NCBI GenBank assembly: GCA_963746315.1
Contig: CAVVAR010000002.1
Coordinates: 32,320-96,319, forward strand
Length of the DNA: 64,000 nucleotides
Reading direction: 5' to 3'
Source: an uncultured Alphaproteobacteria bacterium
Lineage (GTDB): Bacteria > Pseudomonadota > Alphaproteobacteria > Rhizobiales > Hyphomicrobiaceae
Under the pieces are notes generated by a model. That model searched no databases. It was given only the letters and a program-made list of their open reading frames with translations, and was not told the origin of the DNA. Position 1 is the stretch's first letter. The number at the start of each line of letters is the position of its first letter. Below, piece after piece: positions 9,972 through 19,373 of the stretch. A program made the translations under genes and the position numbers.

Positions 9972-11321
9972 CTAACGCTCGGCGCTCACTTTGCCGCGTG
10001 CCAGCATCTCGTCGCTCGGCTTCACGTCTGCGGAGCGGCTGTAGATCGCAACTGCGACGCTCAAGACGACTGCGAGCACTGCAAAGAGCGCGCAATAGGC
10101 AGTCTCCGTACGAGCGCCGCCGGGCAGTGGCTCGAAGGCGCCGACGATGAACCCGGACAGCGTCTGCATGCACGCGACCCCAAGCATGACGGCGGTGTTC
10201 ATGGTGGCAATACCGCGCCCGATCAGCCGGTCGGGGAAGATGCCACGGCCATGCGTCATCACCATGGTGCTGGACGCACTGAAGAAACCAATGCAGCAAA
10301 TGGCAACGACGGGCAGCCACGTGGGTGGCTGGCGCACGAGTGCCAGGACGGCAAGTAGCGTGACGATGACGAGACTGCCTGCGACCGCGATCCATTTGCG
10401 TGTGTCGAGGCGCCGGTCGAGCGGCCCGAACACGAGCATGCCGATCTGGTAGGCGACGACGGCAGCAAGCAGGACATTGCCGGCGGCGATCGAGCCGAGC
10501 CCGTGCACTTCCCGCAGGAAGGGACCGCCCCACAGTCCTTGCACGGTGAAGGTACACGCGTAGTTGCAGAAATTGAGTGCCAAGATCGGCTTAAGGCGGG
10601 GCTCGCGTAGAACCTCGACGAGGCCTTGGAGCATTTGGCGCGGCGATTCAGGAGCGCGCGTGAGAAAAGGATGCCCAGAGGGGGCGTCACGCACGATCAG
10701 CCAGACGGAGATGGTGGCAAGCGCAGTGAATACGACTGCGGCGGCGAATACCGGTCTCCATCCTATGACCTCGGACGCCCAGGCCAGTGGCGTCGTGGCG
10801 GCAAGGTTGCCGAGCAGGCCGATCGACAGAACCGTCGCCGCGAGCGTGGAGAAGCGGTCTGGCGGAAACCACCGCGAGATTACGACCATGCTGCCGATCA
10901 GCATGACGCCGAAACCGGCGCCCAACAGGACCCGGCCGGCGAGAAGCATCGGCCAATTCTGAGCCAGAGTGAAGATCATGCCGCCGACCGTGGCGAGCAC
11001 GAGCATGCCGACTACGGTCTTGCGCGGGCCAAAGTGATCGAAGAAGAGGCCACAGGGGATCTGCATGGCGGCAAATCCAAAGAAGAATGCACCCGTCAGC
11101 ACACCGAGCGCCTCCGGCCCGATTTCGAGATCGCGCATTAGATCGAGGCCGATGGTGACATTCGAGGCACGGAAAAAGTGGCTCGCGACATAGGCGATAG
11201 CCATTGTGGCGACGATGGTCAGCCCGCGGCGCCGGAAGCCCCGCTGGGATTCGATGGGGCACCGCTCTGTGGACTGCATTGAATGAGGTTTCGCACTGGG
11301 CATCGAGGGATCGTCGGCCAA
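9972..11321 (-). CDS. MFS transporter
   Basis: 449 aa with about 12 hydrophobic segments. The MFS loop motif is GLFFDHFGPRK. The exact start is uncertain. Confidence 0.8.
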   Translation of the reverse strand: MADDPSMPSAKPHSMQSTERCPIESQRGFRRRGLTIVATMAIAYVASHFFRASNVTIGLDLMRDLEIGPEALGVLTGAFFFGFAAMQIPCGLFFDHFGPRKTVVGMLVLATVGGMIFTLAQNWPMLLAGRVLLGAGFGVMLIGSMVVISRWFPPDRFSTLAATVLSIGLLGNLAATTPLAWASEVIGWRPVFAAAVVFTALATISVWLIVRDAPSGHPFLTRAPESPRQMLQGLVEVLREPRLKPILALNFCNYACTFTVQGLWGGPFLREVHGLGSIAAGNVLLAAVVAYQIGMLVFGPLDRRLDTRKWIAVAGSLVIVTLLAVLALVRQPPTWLPVVAICCIGFFSASSTMVMTHGRGIFPDRLIGRGIATMNTAVMLGVACMQTLSGFIVGAFEPLPGGARTETAYCALFAVLAVVLSVAVAIYSRSADVKPSDEMLARGKVSAER

Positions 11322-11431
11322 TTCCCACCGTATGAGCCGAGCGTTCCCAATTCAAGCTCTGGCGGCCGGATTTGCTGTCAGGGGTATGGCGTCGAAACAA
11401 GTGGGCACACGCGGACATCCGGCCAGGGCGA

Positions 11432-12340
11432 TCAGGCAAGGTCATCCCAGGCGGGCCGCTCGCCGAACCGGGCGGCCAGGAAATCGATCAGCAAACGGGT
11501 CTTGGCCGCGAGGTAGCGGTTCGGGGCGTAGAGCGCGAACACGCCGAGCTCCGTCGGCGGGTACTCCGGCAGTATGAACATCAGCCGGCCGGACTTGATG
11601 TCGGGTCCGACCAGGAAGGTCGGCAGCTTGGCGATTCCCTGCCCGGCGAGTGCGGCTGCGCGCAGTACGTCGCCGTTGTTCGAGCACATCACGGAATTGA
11701 TTGGGAGGCTGATCGACTGGCCTTCGCGAGTGAGCTGCCAGCGCTGTAGTGTCGTCGTGTGTCCGTAATTCAGGCATCGATGCTGCAGGAGATCGTCCGG
11801 CGCGCTTGGTGAGCCGCTTCCCTTCACATAATCGGGTGCTGCCACCAGCACACGACGGGCCGGCGCAAGGCGACGCGCGATCAGGCTGGAGTCTGCGAGG
11901 ATGCCAATCCGGATCGTGACATCGACGCCCTCCTCGATCGGGTCGATGAACCGGTCGTTGAGCGTCAGCTCGATCTTCAGATCGGGATATTGAGCCATGA
12001 ACGCGCCGATCAGTGGTCCGAGGTGGAGCACGCCGAACGAGACCGGCGCGTTGATCTTGAGGACGCCCTTCGGCTCGTCGTGCAGCCGGGAGACCTGCAT
12101 CTCGGTCTCCTCGACGCGCGCGAGGATGTCGACGCAACTCTCGTAATAGGCGAGGCCGGCCTCGGTCGCGCTGACGCGGCGCGTCGTACGGTCGAGCAGG
12201 CGCGCCCCGAGAAGTTGCTCCAGCTCCATCACCGCCTTGCTGACGGCGGAACGGGTAAGACCCAGTGCGCGCCCCCCCTCGGCGTAGCTGCCGAGCGCGA
12301 CGACCTTCACGAACGCATTCATGGCTTCGAGCTTATCCAT
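11432..12340 (-). CDS. LysR family transcriptional regulator
   Basis: It has an N-terminal HTH (MDKLEAMNAFVKVVALGSYAEGGRALGLTRSAVSKAVMELEQLLGARLLDRTTR) and a substrate-binding domain. It is divergent from the pirin gene. Confidence 0.9.
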   Translation of the reverse strand: MDKLEAMNAFVKVVALGSYAEGGRALGLTRSAVSKAVMELEQLLGARLLDRTTRRVSATEAGLAYYESCVDILARVEETEMQVSRLHDEPKGVLKINAPVSFGVLHLGPLIGAFMAQYPDLKIELTLNDRFIDPIEEGVDVTIRIGILADSSLIARRLAPARRVLVAAPDYVKGSGSPSAPDDLLQHRCLNYGHTTTLQRWQLTREGQSISLPINSVMCSNNGDVLRAAALAGQGIAKLPTFLVGPDIKSGRLMFILPEYPPTELGVFALYAPNRYLAAKTRLLIDFLAARFGERPAWDDLA

Positions 12341-12460
12341 AAGCCCATTGTAGCGAAATTGGATACAGATTGCTCACTATATCATGGATTGCCCTCGCCG
12401 GGGCATCGTTCTACCTCTCCGGTCAACAGGCGGCCTTCGCCGCCGGCAAGGAGATGAGCC

Positions 12461-13165
12461 ATGACACTGACGGTACGGAAATCAGAGGAGCGCGGCCGGG
12501 CCAACTTCGGCTGGCTCGACAGCAAGCACAGCTTCTCGTTCGGGCACTACCATGACCCGAAGCACATGGGCTTCGGCCCGCTGCGCGTCATCAACGACGA
12601 CCGCGTGGCGCCGGGCGGGGGCTTTCCCGCGCACCCCCACAGCGACATGGAGATCATCTCCTATGTCCTGGACGGCGCGCTGGAGCACAAGGACAGCCTC
12701 GGCACGGGTTCGGTGATCCGGCCCGGAGACGCGCAGCGCATGTCGGCCGGCTCAGGGATCCGGCACTCCGAGTTCAATGCCTCCAAGACCGACCCGGTCC
12801 ACTTCCTCCAGATCTGGATCATCCCAGATCGGAAAGGGATCGAGCCCGGCTACGAGCAGAAGGCTTTTCCGGATGCGGAGAAGCGCGGCCGGCTGAGATT
12901 GATCGGCTCGCGCGACGGACGGGACGGCTCGGTCACGATCCATCAAGACGTCGATCTCTTTGCGACCTTGCTCGGGGAGGGTGACGTCGTCGAGCACGCC
13001 ATCGCACCGGGCCGCGGCGGCTGGGTCCAAGTCGCCCGTGGTTCCGTGGAGCTTAACGGCGAGACGCTTCGCGAGGGCGATGGCGTGGCCATCTCCACCT
13101 CGGGGATACTGCGCATCGCAGGGCTCGGAGAAGCCGAGGTTCTCCTGTTCGACATGGGAGCCTGA
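12461..13165 (+). CDS. Pirin family protein (bicupin)
   Basis: GWLDSKHSFSFGHYHDPKHMGFGPLRVINDDRVAPGGGFPAHPHSDMEIISYVLDGALEHKDSLG. Confidence 0.9.
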   Translation: MTLTVRKSEERGRANFGWLDSKHSFSFGHYHDPKHMGFGPLRVINDDRVAPGGGFPAHPHSDMEIISYVLDGALEHKDSLGTGSVIRPGDAQRMSAGSGIRHSEFNASKTDPVHFLQIWIIPDRKGIEPGYEQKAFPDAEKRGRLRLIGSRDGRDGSVTIHQDVDLFATLLGEGDVVEHAIAPGRGGWVQVARGSVELNGETLREGDGVAISTSGILRIAGLGEAEVLLFDMGA

Positions 13166-13242
13166 CCGCGGACACCAAAATGCAAGACGGAGGCGGGGCT
13201 TCTCGGCGCCGCCTCCCCCGACTGCTTCAGACAAGGCAGATC

Positions 13243-13386
13243 ATGATGATCAATTACCTCGGGCTCCTCACGCCGCAGAACGGCCAGCTCATCATCATCG
13301 ACCACCAGCCGCAGATGGCCCTCGGCGTCCAGTCGGTCGACCGCCAGGCGCTGCAGGACAATGTGACCGCGCGCAGCTTGAAGTGA
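13243..13386 (+). pseudogene. 5' remnant of an isochorismatase-family (YcaC-like) hydrolase gene, truncated after about 45 codons
   Basis: MMINYLGLLTPQNGQLIIIDHQPQMALGVQSVDRQALQDNVTA matches the YcaC-type N-terminus pattern (..VLLVDHQ.GL...V......F.NNV.AL). The frame then reads RSLK-stop. No remainder of the gene follows. Confidence 0.55.
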
Positions 13387-13496
13387 CCGCCGCTCCGCTT
13401 GTTCTCGTTCGCGCGGCCGCTGACACTATAAAGCAGTAATCACAATTGGATAGCTTCGCTGTTGTGCTCCCAGAACGCCGGCGCGGTTAATGACAG

Positions 13497-16133
13497 ATGA
13501 ACACTAAGACATTTCACAGACCGTCGAACCGTTGGCCCAACGTATTGCTGGGGCCGCTCACTCTGGCATTCGGCTTCACCGCGTGGATCTGGATCCAGGT
13601 TTGTCTCCTTGCCTGGCAGCAGGCAACTGGCACTGCAGCCATGGGCTTTGGCGGCTACCTGCCCGACCTATCGGCCAATCTGCAGGCACCTTTCTCGGTC
13701 ATGATCCTCGTCGCCAGCATTACGACGATCGGCATCTTTGGGCTCGCGATGCTAACCTTGCAGCGAGAACGCCAGCTCCTTTCCAAGGAGCGCGAGGCGC
13801 GGCTTGCCAAGCAGCGGCTCATCGATGCCATCGAGGCAATTCCTGACGGGTTCGCCATGTATGATTGCGACGATCGCCTCGTTGTTTTCAATGAAGCCTA
13901 TCGCTCGATATATGCCCACAGCGCCGATGCAATTGCGCCCGGTGCAAAGTTCACAGACATCCTGCGCTACGGCGCCGTGCGTGGGCAATACCCGGCAGCC
14001 TTGGGGCGTGTCGATGCTTGGATTGACGAAAGGCTACAAGCCCATCGCAATCCGTCCGGACCCTTCGAGCAGGAATTGCCGAACGGACGCTGGCTTCACA
14101 TCGAGGAGCGCCGCACCGAAGCCGGCGACATCGTGGGCATTCGGGCGGATATCACCGAGCTCAAGCGCCGTGAGCTGAAGCTTCAGCAGCAGACGGCGCT
14201 GCTCATGACGACGTTCGAGCACATGTCGGAAGGCATCAGCGTCATCGACACCGACGGTTGTCTCGTCAGGATGAACCGCGAGCTGCAACGCCAGCTCGCC
14301 CTTCCCTCCGGTTTCCCCGGGGGCAGCATCACATTCGCCGATGGACTCGACTTCGTCTGTGCCAAGGACCGAACCTTCGATGGCCAGGAGGTCGAGGACA
14401 TCGGAGATCTCGTCCGCAAGGTCATCGGCGGATCACGCGACCGCTACACTTGGCACTCCGACAGTGGCCTCATCCTGGAGATTTCGGGCAGCCCACTTCC
14501 AGGCGGCGGCCACGTGATCACCTATGCCGACGTCACCAACCTTCATGCGACCCTCGAGCGGCTACAGGCGAGCGAGGCGCAAAAATCGGCCATCATCGGA
14601 GCCTCCACCGACGCCGTGATCACAGCCGACGAACGAGGGCGCGTCATCGAGTTCAACCGCGCGGCCGAGACCATCTTCGGTTACACCGCCGAGGAAGCGG
14701 TGGGTCAGCTCCTGCAGCACCTCATCATTCCCCCGGATCTGCGTGCGTCCCACAGCATGGCGCTCGAACGTTTCCTTAGAACGGGCGAGAAATCCATCAT
14801 CGGCAAACGCGTCGAGGTCCCCGCCATCGACAAAGGCGGACGCACGTTTCCCGTCGAGATCACGATCTCCGCGACCAGGCTGGGACGCCGCTACGTCTTC
14901 AGCGCCTTCATGAGAGACATCACCGACCGCAAGCGCGCAGAAGCGGAGCGCGAGGCCGCCCGCGAGGCCGCAGAAGCCGCCAATCGGGCCAAATCAGATT
15001 TTCTCGCCATGATCAGCCACGAGTTGCGCACGCCCATGAACGGCATCATCGGGCTGAGCACGCTCCTCCTCGATTCCCAACTCGACCACGAGCAAAAGCG
15101 CTTCGCCTGCGGTATCGACCAGTCGGCCAATCATCTGCTCAATCTGATCAACGAGATCCTCGATTTCTCGCGCATGGAGGCGGGCCGCATCGAGATCACC
15201 CAACAGAACTTCGACCTCGCCCGCCTCGTCGAGACCGTAACCGAGACCACCCGCATCCTCGTCCGTGCCAAGCCGATCGAGGTGGTAGCCATCGTCGACC
15301 CGGCGCTTCCGAAAGCCCTCATCAGCGACCCGGGCCGCATTCAACAGATTCTACAGAACCTGCTCGGGAACTGCGCCAAGTTCACCAGACGCGGCCGCAT
15401 CGAGCTCAAGATCGAGCATATCGGCGAGGACAGCGACGCCCATCGCCTCCGGCTTACCGTTGCCGACACAGGTATCGGCATCCCTCAAGACATGATGGGC
15501 CGCCTGTTCCAGCCCTTCGAGCGCGCCGAAGCCACCATGGCTCAGGCCGAGCCGGGCACGGGGCTCGGCCTCGCGATCACCAAGAAGCTCGTCGAACTGC
15601 TTGGGGGTGCCATCACCGTTGAAACGGAGGTCGGCAAGGGGACACGGTTCACGATCGATATCAGCCTTCACGTGCCGAGCATCGCGACGGCTACCGCGCT
15701 GACGCAAGCACCCACGAGCGAGCGAGAGGCATCCAAAGCCAGCCCGCCGCGCCGCATCCTCGTTGCCGAGGACACCCCCGCGAGCCAACTCGTCGTGCGC
15801 ACGATGCTCGAACGCAGCGGTCACACCGTCCACCTCGTCGACAATGGCCAGGACGCCGTGGCGGCCATCGCCAGCGAGAGCTTCGACATCGCCATCCTCG
15901 ATCTGCAGATGCCGATCATGTCCGGCTGGGATGTGCTTGCCGCGGTTCGCGCCATGCCGCAGGCAAAGGCCCGCATCCCTGTCATCGCGCTCACCGCACA
16001 GGCAACGGCCGCCGACATCGAGCGCACCCGCGCCTGTGGCTTCGACCGGCACATCTCGAAACCCGTAAGGCGTGTAGACCTGACAACCGCGATAGACGAG
16101 CTGATGGAGTTCGGCCAGCAGCTGGAGCGCTGA
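13497..16133 (+). CDS. Hybrid sensor histidine kinase (2 TM, PAS domains, HisKA, HATPase_c, C-terminal receiver)
   Basis: The H-box is FLAMISHELRTPMNGIIG and the G-box is GTGLGLAITKKLVELLGG. The receiver is RILVAEDTPASQLV...DIAILDLQMPIMSG...ALTAQA...DRHISKP. PAS-like segments include PDGFAMYDCDDRLVVFNEAYR and DAVITADERGRVIEFNRAAETIFGY. Confidence 0.9.
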   Translation: MNTKTFHRPSNRWPNVLLGPLTLAFGFTAWIWIQVCLLAWQQATGTAAMGFGGYLPDLSANLQAPFSVMILVASITTIGIFGLAMLTLQRERQLLSKEREARLAKQRLIDAIEAIPDGFAMYDCDDRLVVFNEAYRSIYAHSADAIAPGAKFTDILRYGAVRGQYPAALGRVDAWIDERLQAHRNPSGPFEQELPNGRWLHIEERRTEAGDIVGIRADITELKRRELKLQQQTALLMTTFEHMSEGISVIDTDGCLVRMNRELQRQLALPSGFPGGSITFADGLDFVCAKDRTFDGQEVEDIGDLVRKVIGGSRDRYTWHSDSGLILEISGSPLPGGGHVITYADVTNLHATLERLQASEAQKSAIIGASTDAVITADERGRVIEFNRAAETIFGYTAEEAVGQLLQHLIIPPDLRASHSMALERFLRTGEKSIIGKRVEVPAIDKGGRTFPVEITISATRLGRRYVFSAFMRDITDRKRAEAEREAAREAAEAANRAKSDFLAMISHELRTPMNGIIGLSTLLLDSQLDHEQKRFACGIDQSANHLLNLINEILDFSRMEAGRIEITQQNFDLARLVETVTETTRILVRAKPIEVVAIVDPALPKALISDPGRIQQILQNLLGNCAKFTRRGRIELKIEHIGEDSDAHRLRLTVADTGIGIPQDMMGRLFQPFERAEATMAQAEPGTGLGLAITKKLVELLGGAITVETEVGKGTRFTIDISLHVPSIATATALTQAPTSEREASKASPPRRILVAEDTPASQLVVRTMLERSGHTVHLVDNGQDAVAAIASESFDIAILDLQMPIMSGWDVLAAVRAMPQAKARIPVIALTAQATAADIERTRACGFDRHISKPVRRVDLTTAIDELMEFGQQLER

Positions 16134-16137
16134 CGGA

Positions 16138-16500
16138 GTGGGTGTCCTGGCGGCCGGCTCGGGCGGAGACAGCCCCGTCGATGCCGCCGTGCTCGCAGAG
16201 CTTCGTGAAGCCGTGGGGCACGAGACCTTCAACGAGCTGATCGAGCGGTTCTCGATCGATGCCGCCCGCATCCTGAAGGAGATGGGCGGCATGCTCGAGG
16301 CAGGCGATCATCACGGCGTCAGGCAACTTGCCCACCGGCTGTCCGGGCTCCTCGGTCAGTTCGGCTGCCACGAGGCGGCCGACATCTGCCGGGCCATCGA
16401 GGTGTCCCCGGAGCCCGCAGCCGAAGCGCAGGCCGTACGGCGCGCAATCGGCTTCGGCGAGACGGCAGTCGAAATCGTCAAACGTTCATCGGTGGCATGA
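16138..16500 (+). CDS. Hpt (histidine phosphotransfer) domain protein
   Basis: HRLSGLLGQFGCHEAADICRAIE is an Hpt phospho-His motif (H-x-L-x-G). The GTG start lies 4 nt after the kinase stop codon. Confidence 0.75.
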   Translation: MGVLAAGSGGDSPVDAAVLAELREAVGHETFNELIERFSIDAARILKEMGGMLEAGDHHGVRQLAHRLSGLLGQFGCHEAADICRAIEVSPEPAAEAQAVRRAIGFGETAVEIVKRSSVA

Positions 16501-16501
16501 C

Positions 16502-16525
16502 CAGGGGGCAATAGGTCTTGCCCTG
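16502..16525. terminator. Possible bidirectional hairpin between convergent genes
   Basis: gggcaa-taggtc-ttgccc stem-loop with a flanking cag/ctg extension. There is no strong U-tract. Confidence 0.3.
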
Positions 16526-16575
16526 TTCAAGGACGCGCACAGTCACGTTTGGCCCGGAGCGCGTCGCTCCGTCAC

Positions 16576-17997
16576 TCAGATGGCCTGTTGCGTTCGCGCC
16601 GTTCGCGCACCCAATCGCCGGTAGAGCGTCGACGGTGACACCTTGAGTGCTCCCGCTGCCCTCGGGATGGAGCCGCCGCAGCGCGCGATGGCATCGTCGA
16701 TCGTTCGGTCGATCATGGTCTCGAGGGGAACGATCTCATCGTTCTCGCCCTTGCCTTGCGCGCCCGCCGACATCTGCGCCGCCCCGACATCGCGCCTCGG
16801 CCTGGTCAAGCCTGAGGTACTTCGAAGGATTTCCGGTGGCAGACTGGCCAGCTCGATGCGCCCGCCGGAATTCAGCACGACCGTCTTGCGGATCACGTTC
16901 TTGAGCTCCCGCACATTGCCGGGCCAGCCGTAGTTGATGAGCGCTTCCTCTGCCTCCGGCGAGAAACCATCGAATACCTTGCCGTCCTCGCGGGCAAATA
17001 CGTCCAGGAAATGCCGGGCGAGCAATAGCGCGTCGGCTTCGCGGTCGCGCAACGGCGGCAGCTCCATCGGAATGACGTGAAGACGATAGAAGAGATCCTC
17101 GCGGAACCGTCCGGAAGCCACCTCGGCCCTCGGATCGCGGTTGGTGGCGCAGACGATCCGGACGTCGCTTGGAACGGGCATGTCCGCACCGACCCGGCTG
17201 ACCTGTCCGGTTTCGATGAAGCGTAGGATCTTGGCCTGGAAGGCCAGATCCATCTCCCCAATCTCGTCGAGGAAAAGCGTTCCGCCATTGGCCCGCAGCG
17301 CGGCTCCCTGACGGTCCGTCGTGGCGCCGGTGAAGGATCCCTTCACGTGGCCGAAGATCTCGCTTTCCAGAAGATCGCGCGGGACTGCAGCGCAATTGAT
17401 GGCGACGAACGGTCCATGCGCACGCTTGGACAGCCGGTGCAGGGCCGCTGCACAGACCTCCTTGCCGGAGCCACTCTCGCCCGTGATGAAAACCGTCGCC
17501 TTCGACGGCGCCACGCTCTGCAGGATCTGGTAGACGGACTGCATCGCTGCCGACTGACCGATGAAGTCGCAGAAGCGCTCACGCCCAACCTGCTCCTGTA
17601 ACTTGTCGAGAGTCGTCGCAAGCCGGCTACGGTCGATTGCATTGCGCAACGTCACCCGCAACCGGTCCGCCGCGAAAGGCTTCACGATGAAGTCGAAAGC
17701 GCCTTCGCGCATCGCCTCCACCGCGAGGCTGATGGAGCCGTTGGATGTGATGACGACAACCTCCGTCGGGCAGCCGCTCGCTCGCATCTGCCGCAGCACG
17801 TCGAGCCCACTCATGTCAGGCAGATTGACGTCGAGGATCAAAACGTCGGGAGGAGCCTTCGCCACCGCATCGAGTGCAGCTTGGCCGTTCTCCACATGCG
17901 CAACCTCGACCCTCTCTCGCGCGAGATAGGCCATGTAGGTCGCGGCGAGCGAGCCCACGTCTTCGACGAGAAGGACACGCGGAGTCTGACTGCTCAT
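16576..17997 (-). CDS. Sigma54-dependent response regulator (receiver, AAA+ enhancer-binding domain, Fis-type HTH), NtrC/LuxO-like
   Basis: The receiver is RVLLVEDVGSLAATY...DVLILDVNLPDMSG. The AAA+ domain has Walker A GESGSGKE, GAFTGA-like KGSFTGA, ESEIFGH and DVRIVCATNRD. The C-terminal HTH is GSIPRAAGALKVSPSTLYRRL. The start is set at ATG 17997 (MSSQTPRV). Confidence 0.9.
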   Translation of the reverse strand: MSSQTPRVLLVEDVGSLAATYMAYLARERVEVAHVENGQAALDAVAKAPPDVLILDVNLPDMSGLDVLRQMRASGCPTEVVVITSNGSISLAVEAMREGAFDFIVKPFAADRLRVTLRNAIDRSRLATTLDKLQEQVGRERFCDFIGQSAAMQSVYQILQSVAPSKATVFITGESGSGKEVCAAALHRLSKRAHGPFVAINCAAVPRDLLESEIFGHVKGSFTGATTDRQGAALRANGGTLFLDEIGEMDLAFQAKILRFIETGQVSRVGADMPVPSDVRIVCATNRDPRAEVASGRFREDLFYRLHVIPMELPPLRDREADALLLARHFLDVFAREDGKVFDGFSPEAEEALINYGWPGNVRELKNVIRKTVVLNSGGRIELASLPPEILRSTSGLTRPRRDVGAAQMSAGAQGKGENDEIVPLETMIDRTIDDAIARCGGSIPRAAGALKVSPSTLYRRLGARTARTQQAI

Positions 17998-18061
17998 GGT
18001 CGTAACTCCGTTGCTGCCGCGACACCGGCCGGCAGATCGAATCGCGAAGGAATTGCTTGCT

Positions 18062-19373
18062 TCATGCCGCCGCCAGCCTGCTGCGACGTACGGCAAACAC
18101 ATTGATGAAGGGCTGGGCGCTGGCGATGCCGACCATAATCAGCCCCGGCCACATCAGGTAGGCGAGTATCTCGACGTTCTCCGTGAAGGTGAAGAACGTG
18201 AACAGCAGCATGAAACCGAGTGCCACCCGGGCATGACGGCTCACCTGTGCTCGCAAGATCAGCTCGCCGAGCGTGAACACGAGCGGCACCAGTAGTGCGC
18301 AGAATCCCACGAGCCCCTTCACGAACAGCAGGCCGTACCAGGAGTGATGCGAGCCGATGGGCATGAACTCGACGAGGTGCGGTCCGGGCTCGACGATCCC
18401 GTGCCCCCATATCGGAGCCTCGGTTTCCCAGCGATGCAGCGCGATCGAGCCGAGCACGTGGCGCACGTAGGTCGAAATCCGGACGCTGGGCATCGATCCG
18501 TGCCTTCTGCTCCACGGCATAATCCACGATCATGTCGGCAGAAAGCGCCAGCACGACAAACCCGAGCGCGGCCGACAGGATGAGAGCGGGACGGTTCAGC
18601 GACGCCAGTCCGTAGCTGAGCAGAATGGCGAGCGGGATGGCGACGAACCCGAGCCGCGACTTGCACATGAAGGCAACAGCCACGATGGCAACAAGGCCCG
18701 CACAGCGCAGCCCCAGCGAGCGGTCGCGAAGCATCAGCAGGCATAGCATGCCGTAGGCGACGCCGGCGGCCGGTGCCCACGGCGTGAAAAAGCGCCAACG
18801 CAAACCCTCGCTCGGGTCGAGACCGTAGAGTTGCACTTCGAAGAACTCTGGCCCCGGTCCGCCGACGATCTGCAGCGGCGAAACGAACAGCGTCCCCGGC
18901 AATCCGACCAGCGGTGCCACGAGCATGATCGGCACGAGGATCAGGGTATGCAGGGTCACAATTGCAGCCGCGCGGTAGAGAACCTCCGCCCGTATGCGCA
19001 ACACCGCCCCGATCAGCGGAAAGATTGCCAGCAACGCCCATCCCTTCATCCAGCCGATCGACGACTTGATGAGCTTGGCGACACCGAGACCGAAGTTCAG
19101 ATGGCCCATGACGAGCGCCACCTGCATCAGCACCATTGCGCCGATCCAGATCCAGACCAGCGGCGAGACGGGACGCGGATAGTCCGGGTGATCCGGTGCC
19201 AGAGCCAGGCCTCGATAGACGGCAAGCGCCAGCAGGCTCCAGGCGATAGCCGGAGCCAGGATGTAAAGGGCGCCGATCGCGTACCAAACCCATGTCAGGC
19301 ATAGCGCATGGTAAACGATCGCCTCCTCGAGCGTGCGAAGGCGAACCACTGGTGTAGCCATGCGAAGATCCAA
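18062..19373 (-). CDS. O-antigen ligase/polymerase-like (Wzy-type) multi-pass membrane protein, one frame change
   Basis: The N-terminal roughly 295 aa are in ORF 17994..19373 and contain many TM helices. The C-terminal part (VRHVLGSIALHRWETEAPIWGHG...FFTFTENVEILAYLMWPGLIMVG) is in ORF 18062..18520. The frames join near 18480-18500. Confidence 0.65.

Noticed and set aside
8656-10557. A 633-aa minus-strand ORF.
   Set aside because: It is antisense to the Gfo/Idh/MocA gene and out of frame with the MFS gene. Its composition is dominated by Arg, Ala, His and Pro, as is typical of spurious ORFs in GC-rich DNA.
15351-16292. A 313-aa minus-strand ORF and other antisense ORFs within the histidine kinase, EPS and TrxB-like genes (for example 24006..25115, 27171..28076 and 38607..39674).
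   Set aside because: They are antisense to well-supported genes, have no motifs, and show GC-rich third-position artefact composition.
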